Positions 19,402 to 27,976 of a DNA stretch of 64,000 nucleotides are shown in pieces. The position numbers were made by a program, and so were the translations under genes. This stretch comes from a phage, in the sequence record MZ956761.1; one strand, given 5' to 3'. The notes beneath the pieces are model-generated. The model made no database searches. It saw only the letters and a list, made by a program, of their open reading frames with translations, and had not been told where the DNA came from. Each line of letters opens with the position of its first letter. Within the stretch, counting starts at the first letter, position 1.

Positions 19402-19660
19402 AGATATTAAAGGTTATAAGCCACATACTGAAGAGAAAATCGGTAAAGTAAATGCTATTAAAGACGCTGAAGTTCGTTTAGGACTTATCTTTGATGCTTT
19501 ATACGATGAATTTTGGGAAGCATTTGATAGCTGTGAAGATGATGAACTCGCGAAGAATTATGCCGAAAGCCTCGATCAGTTAACTATTGCTAAAACGAAA
19601 CTCAAAGAAGCCAGTATGTGGGCTTGTCGTGCAGTGTTCCAACCAGAGGAAAAATACTAA
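19394..19660 (+). CDS. Hypothetical protein
   Basis: 88 aa from ATG 19394 (RBS GAGGAAG); track start 19358 overlaps upstream gene. Confidence 0.45.
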   Translation: MIEDIKGYKPHTEEKIGKVNAIKDAEVRLGLIFDALYDEFWEAFDSCEDDELAKNYAESLDQLTIAKTKLKEASMWACRAVFQPEEKY

Positions 19661-19938
19661 TGGCTCAATTAAGTGCAGGGTTTGGTTATGAGTATTATAC
19701 TGCACCTCGTCGTGTATCTGCCGCTCCTAAGAAAATTCAAAGTCTTGATGACTTCCAGGAAGTAGTCCGTAAAGCTTTCCAAGACTATGCACGTTATCTT
19801 AAAGAAGATTCACAGGACTGTCTCGAAGAAGATGAAATTGCTTACTATGAGCAGCGTCTTGAACAGCTTAAAAACTTACATGAGGTTCGTGCAGAAGTTT
19901 CAAAGTCTATGAATAAATTGATTAGATTTAAAGAATAA
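19660..19938 (+). CDS. Hypothetical protein
   Basis: 92 aa from ATG 19660; acidic helical C-terminus. Confidence 0.45.
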   Translation: MAQLSAGFGYEYYTAPRRVSAAPKKIQSLDDFQEVVRKAFQDYARYLKEDSQDCLEEDEIAYYEQRLEQLKNLHEVRAEVSKSMNKLIRFKE

Positions 19939-19940
19939 CT

Positions 19941-19970
19941 GTTTACTTTTCCTCTTGACTGTGGTATAAT
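19941..19970 (+). promoter_or_regulatory. Early promoter (GTTTAC-N18-TATAAT)
   Basis: Perfect TATAAT at 19965-19970 with TG two nt upstream. Confidence 0.55.
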
Positions 19971-19997
19971 TTTTCTATCAGTTAAGAGGAGAATAAC

Positions 19998-20459
19998 ATG
20001 ACTATCAATACAGAAGTTTTTATCCGTCGAAATAAGCTTCGTCGTCACTTTGAGTCGGAGTTTCGTCAAATTAACAATGAGATTCGTGAGGCATCAAAAG
20101 CAGCAGGGGTCTCATCGTTTCATCTAAAATATTCTCAGCATCTTCTTGATCGCGCAATTCAACGGGAGATTGATGAGACATATGTTTTTGAATTATTCCA
20201 TAAAATAAAAGACCATGTTTTAGAAGTTAATGAATTCCTGAGTATGCCTCCGCGTCCTGACATTGACGAGGATTTTATTGATGGGGTTGAATATCGTCCT
20301 GGACGTTTAGAAATCACAGATGGAAATCTTTGGCTTGGATTTACAGTTTGTAAACCTAATGCGAAGTTCAAAGACCCGTCACTTCAATGTAGGATGGCAA
20401 TTATCAACAGTCGTCGTTTACCAGGAAAGGCTTCTAAAGCAGTAATTAAAACTCAATGA
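19998..20459 (+). CDS. regB: Probable RegB endoribonuclease
   Basis: 153 aa basic protein; size and position between e-IP block and tk. Confidence 0.55.
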   Translation: MTINTEVFIRRNKLRRHFESEFRQINNEIREASKAAGVSSFHLKYSQHLLDRAIQREIDETYVFELFHKIKDHVLEVNEFLSMPPRPDIDEDFIDGVEYRPGRLEITDGNLWLGFTVCKPNAKFKDPSLQCRMAIINSRRLPGKASKAVIKTQ

Positions 20460-20466
20460 GGTAAGC

Positions 20467-21012
20467 ATGAGAAAAGCACTACTCGCTGGTCTATTGGCCA
20501 TTTCAATGATGGCACATAGCTCCGAGCATACTTTCAGTAATGTCCAACTCGATAACATGCGTTACGCGTATCAATTCGGGGAACAATTTTCTAAGGATGG
20601 AAAATATAAAACACACAAAAATATCCACAAGAGCGGATTAGGTCATATAATGGCAGCCATTTTATGGCAAGAAAGCTCTGGCGGAGTTAATTTAAAATCT
20701 AAACCAAAGCATCACGCCTACGGAATGTTCCAAAATTATTTGCCTACTATGCGAGCAAGAGTTAAGGAACTTGGTTATAATATGACCGATGCTGAAATAA
20801 AAAGAATGTTGAATAAACGATCCAATTCAGCTTCCTGGGCGTACATTGAACTTTATTATTGGTTAAATATACATAAGGGCGATATAAGAAAGGCGATATC
20901 CTCTTATAATTCGGGATGGAATGTTAAAGCAGGTTCTAAATATGCTTCTGAAGTCCTAGAAAAGGCTAATTACCTTAAAAATAATAAACTTTTGGAAATA
21001 GTAAATGACTAA
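20467..21012 (+). CDS. Secreted lytic transglycosylase-like protein
   Basis: 181 aa; N-terminal signal peptide; ILWQESSGG resembles SLT catalytic E-S motif. Confidence 0.5.
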   Translation: MRKALLAGLLAISMMAHSSEHTFSNVQLDNMRYAYQFGEQFSKDGKYKTHKNIHKSGLGHIMAAILWQESSGGVNLKSKPKHHAYGMFQNYLPTMRARVKELGYNMTDAEIKRMLNKRSNSASWAYIELYYWLNIHKGDIRKAISSYNSGWNVKAGSKYASEVLEKANYLKNNKLLEIVND

Positions 21013-21352
21013 AATTTTGGTTTTATGTATAGGATTAATTTCATTTTCTGCTTCTGCGTCAGCAGATACATCATATACTGAAATTAGAGAATATGTAAAC
21101 CGCACTGCGGCAGATTATTGTGGGAAAAATAAAGCATGCCAAGCTGAATTTGCACAGAAATTAATATATGCATATAAAGACGGAGAAAGAGATAAATCAA
21201 GCAGATACAAAAACGATACATTATTAAAACGATATGCTAAAAAGTGGAATACATTAGAATGTTCAGTTGCGGAGGAGAAAGATAAAGCCGCTTGTCATTC
21301 AATGGTTGACCGTTTGGTAGATTCTTATAATCGAGGATTGAGTACTAGATGA
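21005..21352 (+). CDS. Secreted Cys-containing small protein
   Basis: 115 aa; signal peptide MTKILVLCIGLISFSASASA; four Cys. Confidence 0.5.
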   Translation: MTKILVLCIGLISFSASASADTSYTEIREYVNRTAADYCGKNKACQAEFAQKLIYAYKDGERDKSSRYKNDTLLKRYAKKWNTLECSVAEEKDKAACHSMVDRLVDSYNRGLSTR

Positions 21353-21816
21353 TTGTAAAATATATCAAGGGCGATATTGTCGCCCTTTTCGCTGAAGGTA
21401 AAAATATTGCGCATGGATGCAATTGTTTTCATACTATGGGTTCAGGCGTAGCGGGTCAATTAACCAAAGCTTTCCCTAAAATTTTGGAAGCTGATAAATT
21501 ACAGACTGAATGGGGTGATGTGACTAAACTTGGTTCTTATTCAGTCTATGAAAAATACTTTAGGACTCATAAAGCGTATTGCTTCAACCTTTATACTCAA
21601 TTTCAGCCAGGGCCAAATTTTGAGTATTCCGCTTTAATGAATTGTATGTTAGAATTAAATGAGTTTGGTGAAAATAAACTAATTAAACCTACAATCTATA
21701 TGCCTAGGATTGGTGCAGGCATAGGTAAAGGGAACTGGGATATTATTGAGGGGATTTTAGATGCATATTCCTCTAAATTAGAAATTGTGATTGTTGATTG
21801 GGAACCATTATTATGA
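21349..21816 (+). CDS. Macro-domain protein (ADP-ribose binding/hydrolase fold)
   Basis: 155 aa; motifs GDI...NIAHGCNCFHTMGSGVAGQL and IGAGIGKGNWDIIEGIL match macro-domain signatures. Confidence 0.6.
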   Translation: MIVKYIKGDIVALFAEGKNIAHGCNCFHTMGSGVAGQLTKAFPKILEADKLQTEWGDVTKLGSYSVYEKYFRTHKAYCFNLYTQFQPGPNFEYSALMNCMLELNEFGENKLIKPTIYMPRIGAGIGKGNWDIIEGILDAYSSKLEIVIVDWEPLL

Positions 21817-22025
21817 ATATACATTATCCACATCCGTTTGATCCTAAAAACAAAGCAGTAATTATTCGTCAATGGGAACGCATTTGCCGTACTAAATGTC
21901 CAATTAATAGTCAACATGATGTAAATAAAGACTATATTGGAACATTCGTTGAATATACCTTTATTGATAAGAAAGGTCGTAAACAGCATGTAGAAGAATA
22001 TTGCTTAAAGGTTACATGGTTATGA
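21813..22025 (+). CDS. Hypothetical protein
   Basis: 70 aa from ATG 21813 (ATGA overlap). Confidence 0.4.
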   Translation: MNIHYPHPFDPKNKAVIIRQWERICRTKCPINSQHDVNKDYIGTFVEYTFIDKKGRKQHVEEYCLKVTWL

Positions 22026-22228
22026 GCCAAACTAGTATTCTTAAAAATGCCCATTGTGAAAAGTGTAAATGGCCTGTTGTTTTTGCTTTATGTAATGATG
22101 AAATGGCTTGTGATTTCGATTATTGGTGCTATTGTTCTAATAAAGGATGCATCAATCATAAAGGTGAAGGATTTTATTCGGGATTTTATCCTTATCCTGA
22201 TTTCGTTAAAGAAGGTAAACCAAAATGA
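22022..22228 (+). CDS. Cys-rich small protein (putative zinc-binding)
   Basis: 68 aa; CEKCKW...C...C...CYC...C pattern. Confidence 0.4.
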   Translation: MSQTSILKNAHCEKCKWPVVFALCNDEMACDFDYWCYCSNKGCINHKGEGFYSGFYPYPDFVKEGKPK

Positions 22229-22401
22229 ATGATGATTTAAAATATCAATTATTACGTGAACTTGATGTTTTGATTGAACTTTCTGCACAAAAAGGATTTA
22301 TAATTGGATCGGGTCAAAAAGACCCTAACGGTCATTCAATCGTAGCGGTTATGAATCAGAAACGAGTCATTTTAAAACTTTTGGGGATTGACATACTGTG
22401 A
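22225..22401 (+). CDS. Small hypothetical protein (58 aa)
   Basis: ATGA overlap with upstream gene; not in track. Confidence 0.35.
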   Translation: MNDDLKYQLLRELDVLIELSAQKGFIIGSGQKDPNGHSIVAVMNQKRVILKLLGIDIL

Positions 22402-22583
22402 GTCTAAGCAAAGAACAAAAAGATAAATTGTTTGAGCTTATCCATGAACTTCTAGATGAGCATACAGAAGCAAACACCTTTTATGATGAATACGGCCCGC
22501 TATCTCCCGAACAGCAGGAAGAATTTGCTGATCGGTTTGATAAGAAAGAAAATGAATTAATAGCTTATGTGAATACGCTTTAA
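22398..22583 (+). CDS. Small acidic hypothetical protein
   Basis: 61 aa, GTG start overlapping upstream stop. Confidence 0.4.
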   Translation: MSLSKEQKDKLFELIHELLDEHTEANTFYDEYGPLSPEQQEEFADRFDKKENELIAYVNTL

Positions 22584-22592
22584 GAAGGTGAT

Positions 22593-23174
22593 ATGGCGAG
22601 TTTAATTTTTACTTATGCAGCAATGAATGCTGGAAAATCTGCTTCTCTTTTGACTGCTGCACATAATTATAAAGAACGTGGAATGAGTGTATTAGTTCTT
22701 AAGCCTGCTATTGATACTCGCGATTCTGTCTGTGAAGTCGTTTCTCGCATTGGAATTAAGCAGGAAGCGAATATTATTACAGATGATATGGATATTTTCG
22801 AGTTCTATAAATGGGCTGAAGCACAAAAAGATATTCATTGCGTATTTGTAGATGAAGCTCAGTTTTTAAAAACTGAACAGGTGCATCAATTGAGCCGAAT
22901 TGTTGATACATATAATGTTCCTGTTATGGCTTATGGGCTAAGGACTGATTTCGCTGGAAAATTATTTGAAGGTTCTAAAGAACTTTTAGCGATTGCAGAT
23001 AAACTTATTGAACTAAAGGCAGTTTGTCATTGTGGTAAAAAAGCGATTATGACAGCTCGATTAATGGAAGATGGAACACCAGTTAAAGAAGGTAATCAAA
23101 TCTGTATTGGTGATGAAATTTATGTTTCTTTGTGTAGAAAACATTGGAATGAATTAACTAAAAAGCTCGGTTAG
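22593..23174 (+). CDS. tk: Thymidine kinase
   Basis: 193 aa; P-loop AAMNAGKSASLL, C-terminal CHCGKKA...C zinc motif. Confidence 0.9.
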   Translation: MASLIFTYAAMNAGKSASLLTAAHNYKERGMSVLVLKPAIDTRDSVCEVVSRIGIKQEANIITDDMDIFEFYKWAEAQKDIHCVFVDEAQFLKTEQVHQLSRIVDTYNVPVMAYGLRTDFAGKLFEGSKELLAIADKLIELKAVCHCGKKAIMTARLMEDGTPVKEGNQICIGDEIYVSLCRKHWNELTKKLG

Positions 23175-23216
23175 TGCAAAAGTTATAAATAGGTTTATCT
23201 AACTAAAGGGGTATAT

Positions 23217-23429
23217 ATGCTACAATTAACTGAAAAGCAACTTCGCAATCTTACTGTGCTTCAATTAGATGAAATTCGTAGGGAAGTTGGAAATATCATT
23301 TCAGCTTTGCGTCGAGAAGTATCACTCAACCAATCTCCGGCAGACTATACTAGATTGCGAAATTTTGAAAAATACCTTGATAAAGTTAAGGCCGTGCATC
23401 GGCATAAAGTAAATACAGGACAAAAATGA
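23217..23429 (+). CDS. Hypothetical protein (rI.1 position)
   Basis: 70 aa between tk and rI. Confidence 0.5.
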
Positions 23430-23441
23430 TAGGAGGCCTTT

Positions 23442-23735
23442 ATGGCCTTAAAAGCAACGGCACTATTTGCCATGCTAGGATTGTCATTTGTTTTATCTCC
23501 ACCGATTGAAGCGAATGTCGATCCTCATTTTGATAAATTTATGGAATCTGGTATTAGGCACGTTTATATGCTTTTTGAAAATAAAAGCGTAGAATCGTCT
23601 GAACAATTCTATAGTTTTATGAGAACGACCTATAAAAATGACCCGTGCTCTTCTGATTTTGAATGTATAGAGCGAGGCGCGGAGATGGCACAATCATACG
23701 CTAGAATTATGAACATTAAATTGGAGACTGAATGA
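23442..23735 (+). CDS. rI: Lysis inhibition regulator RI
   Basis: 97 aa MALKATALFAMLGLSFVLSP...; recognised T4 RI. Confidence 0.85.
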   Translation: MALKATALFAMLGLSFVLSPPIEANVDPHFDKFMESGIRHVYMLFENKSVESSEQFYSFMRTTYKNDPCSSDFECIERGAEMAQSYARIMNIKLETE

Positions 23736-24118
23736 AATTCAGCGACTTTTCACAAAGTGGAAAACCTTCAAAGGCAGATGAATACTTAGGTTTATTAATG
23801 GCTGCACAAGCTTATTTTCATTCTGCACATTTTGAAACTAAAAGTTATGCTAGACACAAAGCATACGATTTTATTTTCTCTGAGTTACCAGATTTGATTG
23901 ATAAATTTGGTGAGCAATATTTGGGGTATTCTGGTAGAAAATACACACCTTCAATTCCAGATGCCAGTAAACTTCCTACCGACACAATTAAAATGATTGA
24001 TCGCATACTAGACCAATCTAACAGCATTTATAAAGAAATGCCTCCAGCCATCCAAAGCACGATAGATGATATTACTGGAATGTTTTACCAAAGTAAGTAT
24101 CTTCTTTCCCTCGAATAA
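23732..24118 (+). CDS. Hypothetical protein (rI.-1 position)
   Basis: 128 aa, ATGA overlap with rI. Confidence 0.5.
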   Translation: MKFSDFSQSGKPSKADEYLGLLMAAQAYFHSAHFETKSYARHKAYDFIFSELPDLIDKFGEQYLGYSGRKYTPSIPDASKLPTDTIKMIDRILDQSNSIYKEMPPAIQSTIDDITGMFYQSKYLLSLE

Positions 24119-24122
24119 CATT

Positions 24123-24146
24123 AGTCTCCTTCGGGAGACTTTTTTC
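24123..24146 (+). terminator. Rho-independent terminator (UUCG tetraloop)
   Basis: agtctcc-ttcg-ggagact plus TTTTT. Confidence 0.7.
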
Positions 24147-24155
24147 ATTTTACCG

Positions 24156-24185
24156 GTTTACTTTCCGTTTGAGCTGTGGTACTAT
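24156..24185 (+). promoter_or_regulatory. Early promoter (GTTTAC-N18-TACTAT)
   Basis: GTTTAC 24156-24161, TACTAT 24180-24185. Confidence 0.55.
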
Positions 24186-24213
24186 ACAACCATCGGATAA
24201 AGAGGAGAACATC

Positions 24214-24402
24214 ATGAAAATTGAAGCACTTAATCAAGAAGGAAATATCTACGTCATCATTAATGGTGATTTTTTCGTCGACATGGATGAAGTTACTAGT
24301 GAAGAACTTGTAGAACTTCTTAAGAAACGCTATAATATGTGTGATGAAGTTGCAACTCGCATGGCATGTGCAATATTCTCTCTTTCATATGTGGTGGAAT
24401 AA
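24214..24402 (+). CDS. Hypothetical protein
   Basis: 62 aa from ATG 24214 (RBS AGAGGAGAA). Confidence 0.4.
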   Translation: MKIEALNQEGNIYVIINGDFFVDMDEVTSEELVELLKKRYNMCDEVATRMACAIFSLSYVVE

Positions 24403-24605
24403 TGATTAGTATCGAACAAGCGGATAAAATTAAGGAATTGGTAGCTTTAATTCGTAAAGCAGATGAGGAACTTAGTGACTTTGCTTGGTTTTCATCAGGC
24501 ATTGCAAATAAAGGTATTGAAGAATTTGAAGCTAAAGTTGATAATGCTTTAGAAGCGTTAGATATGTTTCTTGATGAAATTATCGATCATAATACGAGAG
24601 TTTAA
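24402..24605 (+). CDS. Hypothetical protein
   Basis: 67 aa from ATG 24402, coupled to upstream stop. Confidence 0.4.
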   Translation: MISIEQADKIKELVALIRKADEELSDFAWFSSGIANKGIEEFEAKVDNALEALDMFLDEIIDHNTRV

Positions 24606-24607
24606 GT

Positions 24608-24802
24608 ATGCTAACACGTGAACAGTTTGAAAAAATCATTAAATTAGCACGTGATATTGAAATAGATTCATATCAATTAGCAGTTGAGCATTGTGAAGGA
24701 TATTCATACGACGGTATAGAAGCAGCTAAAAGAGATTTGGATAAATCCAAAGCTAAGTTAGTTCAATATCTTGAAATGATTAGGTGGAATAATGAAAACT
24801 GA
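24608..24802 (+). CDS. Hypothetical protein
   Basis: 64 aa. Confidence 0.45.
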   Translation: MLTREQFEKIIKLARDIEIDSYQLAVEHCEGYSYDGIEAAKRDLDKSKAKLVQYLEMIRWNNEN

Positions 24803-24965
24803 AAAGCAGATGTTTTTAATGAAGCTAATTGAAGAATATGCTAATGCAGTTTCTGACTATGAGTATTCTGCTCGGGAAAGAGGTACGGCTTTCGCTAAAG
24901 AAGAATTGAAAATCATGGTTGATGCTCATACAAAGCTTCAGAATTTTATCGAAAATGTCATTTAA
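24792..24965 (+). CDS. Small hypothetical protein (57 aa)
   Basis: ATG 24792 overlaps upstream gene end; not in track. Confidence 0.35.
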   Translation: MKTEKQMFLMKLIEEYANAVSDYEYSARERGTAFAKEELKIMVDAHTKLQNFIENVI

Positions 24966-24967
24966 TG

Positions 24968-25010
24968 GTTTACAAGTTGACAAGGTTATGGTATAGTAAT
25001 CTTGTCAACT
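24968..25010 (+). promoter_or_regulatory. Early promoter with 10-bp dyad embracing the -10 region
   Basis: GTTTAC 24968-24973, TATAGT 24992-24997; AGTTGACAAG 24975-24984 complementary to CTTGTCAACT 25001-25010. Confidence 0.5.
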
Positions 25011-25129
25011 GCCAAGGAGAAGAGAATGAAAGTTTTGTTTGTTGTGTATGTGATGATTCAATATAATTACCCAATGTTTACTTATAATTTGGTAAACAAC
25101 ATTATTGATATGATTCAGAGGAGTATGTA

Positions 25130-25315
25130 ATGACAAGTGAGCAGGCTTTTAAATTAAGAGAATTAATTGAGACGTATAGTAAAGCTGTTCATACATCAAC
25201 AATTATTGATGAATCAGCTTTCTCCGGACATGCTAACAAGATTAAATACAAAACTCTTATGGAAGAAGCTAAAGTAAATCTTGATTCTTATATTGAAACT
25301 TTAATTGGTAAATAA
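25130..25315 (+). CDS. Hypothetical protein
   Basis: 61 aa; RBS GAGGAG. Confidence 0.4.
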   Translation: MTSEQAFKLRELIETYSKAVHTSTIIDESAFSGHANKIKYKTLMEEAKVNLDSYIETLIGK

Positions 25316-25316
25316 T

Positions 25317-25859
25317 ATGAAAGCTGTAATTGAAACAACTGATTTGTTCGGTGACCTGGTTATCGAAAAACGTGATAATGTATACGTTCTGACGCAGGAA
25401 GACGATAGTATTACTATTCTTCCTATGGAATTGCCTGCGATTTTATCTTATGCTCCCTCAGGAGTTACCGGTGTAACTAATATTACAGACGACCTCCAAG
25501 TTCGTTTTTATCGTGGCACTCACGGTGGTAATATTGAAACTGAACTTGCGTGTCTTTCTATCAACAATTGGGCAACATTCGTTGCCAAGGTGAAAGAATT
25601 CTTGGAATCTGAAACAGTCGAAACACCCGAAAAGGCTAAACTTCAATGGGCTAAAGATCGCGGTGCTAGCATTATTAATCCAGTAGCTGCAAATTATACT
25701 ACGACTTTGGATGTCAAGACTTCTTATGAAGATGGCGATGTCGTACTTGTTCGCCAAATTGATGATTCTCGAGCACATATTGTCACATTTACCAAAGACG
25801 AAGCTATTGCACTAAAGACTTATCTTGATTCTGTTATTCCAACTATGATTTCAAAGTGA
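25317..25859 (+). CDS. Hypothetical protein, tandem paralog A
   Basis: 180 aa from ATG 25317; C-terminus DEAIALKTYLDSVIPTM resembles next gene. Confidence 0.5.
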   Translation: MKAVIETTDLFGDLVIEKRDNVYVLTQEDDSITILPMELPAILSYAPSGVTGVTNITDDLQVRFYRGTHGGNIETELACLSINNWATFVAKVKEFLESETVETPEKAKLQWAKDRGASIINPVAANYTTTLDVKTSYEDGDVVLVRQIDDSRAHIVTFTKDEAIALKTYLDSVIPTMISK

Positions 25860-25865
25860 GGAAAT

Positions 25866-26387
25866 ATGTTTATTTCAAGTGGAAGTGGTTTAATTCGTGT
25901 TGAATTTAAAAATGACATCTTCCTTAGTCAAGGAGATGATATTATTAAAATGAGTTATGACGAAATCAAGAAAATTTGTCATGCTCTTGAAAGTCATGGA
26001 AAAGTGAACGCTGTTATTGATATTGGCGATTTATGGGTGACACTTTATGAAGTATCCGAAGGATTTAACATTGAAGATGAAAATAACATTTTAGCTATTG
26101 ATAAAAGAAGTGATTTGTTTGATGTATTAAAAGTTTATGAACAGTCAAATGGCGGAAGAAAAGCTGCATTGATTTATCAAAAACCGCATTCATGTGGAAC
26201 TGCTTCAATCATTTCAAATATTGAAGATGAAGTTGATACTTATATGTGTGTTTTAAAAGCTGGTGGTGACCGTCATCCGGATTTTATTTCTATTCGTCAA
26301 AACAATGGAGAAATTTCATTATCAAAATCAGAAGCTGAAGCTATGATTAAGTATTTAACAACTGTTACGCCTTCAATGAAAGGATAA
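25866..26387 (+). CDS. Hypothetical protein, tandem paralog B
   Basis: 173 aa; C-terminus SEAEAMIKYLTTVTPSM. Confidence 0.5.
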   Translation: MFISSGSGLIRVEFKNDIFLSQGDDIIKMSYDEIKKICHALESHGKVNAVIDIGDLWVTLYEVSEGFNIEDENNILAIDKRSDLFDVLKVYEQSNGGRKAALIYQKPHSCGTASIISNIEDEVDTYMCVLKAGGDRHPDFISIRQNNGEISLSKSEAEAMIKYLTTVTPSMKG

Positions 26388-26389
26388 TT

Positions 26390-26851
26390 ATGATTATTAA
26401 TGAAAACTCTTGGCATTATAAATTATTCAAATTGTTTAACGATGAATGGCAACGACCTAAGACACTATGCGCATATTTTTGGTCTATTGTCATTCCTACA
26501 TTTTTCGTTTCTATTTTTGGGTGTGCTATACTCGTAGGGCTAACAATTATTTGTGCAGAAAGCCTACAACGTTGGCTTATTTTCGGTAGTTTATGGACTC
26601 TTCTTCCATCGGCATTTATACTTGCGCTTTTGGTTGTTTTACTTATTATCGGTTCATTTGTTATTCCTGCACATTTGCGTGAAAAATATAAAGATTATAA
26701 ATGGAAAAAGGATTATGCTTTACACGTAGAAAATATTGATAGAGCGTATAAAGGTTTACCTCCTATTCAACCCAAGAAATCGGTTATCGTTGAATTTTTA
26801 AAAGCTCGTAAAGCTAAAGTATGTCCTGTTATTGAATATAAGGCTGAATGA
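26390..26851 (+). CDS. Membrane protein
   Basis: 153 aa, at least two hydrophobic helices. Confidence 0.5.
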   Translation: MIINENSWHYKLFKLFNDEWQRPKTLCAYFWSIVIPTFFVSIFGCAILVGLTIICAESLQRWLIFGSLWTLLPSAFILALLVVLLIIGSFVIPAHLREKYKDYKWKKDYALHVENIDRAYKGLPPIQPKKSVIVEFLKARKAKVCPVIEYKAE

Positions 26852-27861
26852 TGAAAACAGTAATGAAAAGCTATTTTGGTAGTCATCTTTATGGAACTTC
26901 TACCCCAGAATCTGATGTAGATTTTAAAGAAATTTTTGTTCCTCCTGCTCGCGATATTCTTATCGGAAATGTTAAAGAGCACATGAGTAAAAACACCAAC
27001 AACACATCATCTAAAAACACTAAAGATGATATTGACCATGAACTATACAGTCTTAAGTATTTCTTTAAATTAGCAGCAGATGGTGAAACTGTAGCATTGG
27101 ATATGCTCCACACTCCACCTGAACTAGTGGTTAAATCTGATTTACCTGATGTATGGAAATTTATCCAAGACAATCGTTCACGGTTTTATACAACTAACAT
27201 GAAATCCTATTTAGGATATGTCCGCAAGCAAGCTTCTAAATACGGTGTCAAGGGTTCTCGTTTGGCCGCATTACGTGATGTATTGAAAGTAGTTAATCAA
27301 ATCCCTGACCAGTGGGTTGATTATCAAGAAGACGGTTCTATTAAGCAGCGTCGCACTAAAGTTGAAGATATTAAGCATCGTCTTCCAGAGAACGAATTCT
27401 GTGAATGGGTATTCCATAATCATGAGAAAACCGGTCCACAAACGTTCTACACTGTGTTGGGTCGTAAATATCAGACAACACTTTCTCTTATTGAGCTTAA
27501 GCAGTCACTGAACAAATTAGATGCTGAATACGGCGAACGTGCTCGTAAGGCTGAAGCGAATGAGGGCATTGACTGGAAAGCTCTGAGTCATGCTTGTCGT
27601 GGTGGACTCCAACTATTGGAAATTTACAAAACTGGTGACTTAGTCTATCCACTTCAAGACGCTCCATTTATTCTCGACGTGAAGCTGGGTAAACACCCAT
27701 TTAAAACTGTTCAAGAGTTTTTGGAAGATGTGGTCGATCAAGTAGAAGCAGCATCCATTGAAGCTTCTAAGAACGGTATGCAGCAAAAAGTAGACATGGG
27801 TTTTTGGGATGACTTCCTTGAGAGGGTTTATCTTGAAAACCACCGAAGTTATTATAAATGA
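26848..27861 (+). CDS. Nucleotidyltransferase-fold protein (Pol-beta superfamily-like)
   Basis: 337 aa; N-terminal FGSHLYGTSTPESDVDF matches G-S ... D-x-D nucleotidyltransferase motif. Confidence 0.5.
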   Translation: MMKTVMKSYFGSHLYGTSTPESDVDFKEIFVPPARDILIGNVKEHMSKNTNNTSSKNTKDDIDHELYSLKYFFKLAADGETVALDMLHTPPELVVKSDLPDVWKFIQDNRSRFYTTNMKSYLGYVRKQASKYGVKGSRLAALRDVLKVVNQIPDQWVDYQEDGSIKQRRTKVEDIKHRLPENEFCEWVFHNHEKTGPQTFYTVLGRKYQTTLSLIELKQSLNKLDAEYGERARKAEANEGIDWKALSHACRGGLQLLEIYKTGDLVYPLQDAPFILDVKLGKHPFKTVQEFLEDVVDQVEAASIEASKNGMQQKVDMGFWDDFLERVYLENHRSYYK

Positions 27862-27864
27862 TAA

Positions 27865-27888
27865 GGGAGCCTTCGGGCTCCCTTTTTT
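27865..27888 (+). terminator. Rho-independent terminator (UUCG tetraloop)
   Basis: gggagcc-ttcg-ggctccc plus TTTTTT. Confidence 0.75.
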
Positions 27889-27912
27889 ATTTCAAAAATT
27901 TTTCACAAAACT

Positions 27913-27942
27913 GTTTACAAGCATAAAGCTTTATGGTACTAT
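27913..27942 (+). promoter_or_regulatory. Early promoter (GTTTAC-N18-TACTAT)
   Basis: Spacer holds 14-bp palindrome cataaagctttatg at 27922-27935. Confidence 0.55.
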
Positions 27943-27976
27943 ACAACTATCAACTGATACGGATTTGGAGAATAAA

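Noticed and set aside
19955-19960. TTGACT near-consensus sigma-70 -35 hexamer
   Set aside because: Only 4 nt from the TATAAT at 19965-19970, wrong spacing; the functional -35 is more likely GTTTAC at 19941-19946
27809-27976. 378-aa track ORF starting at 27809
   Set aside because: Its first 56 codons run through a terminator hairpin and an early promoter; real start is ATG 27977 with a good RBS
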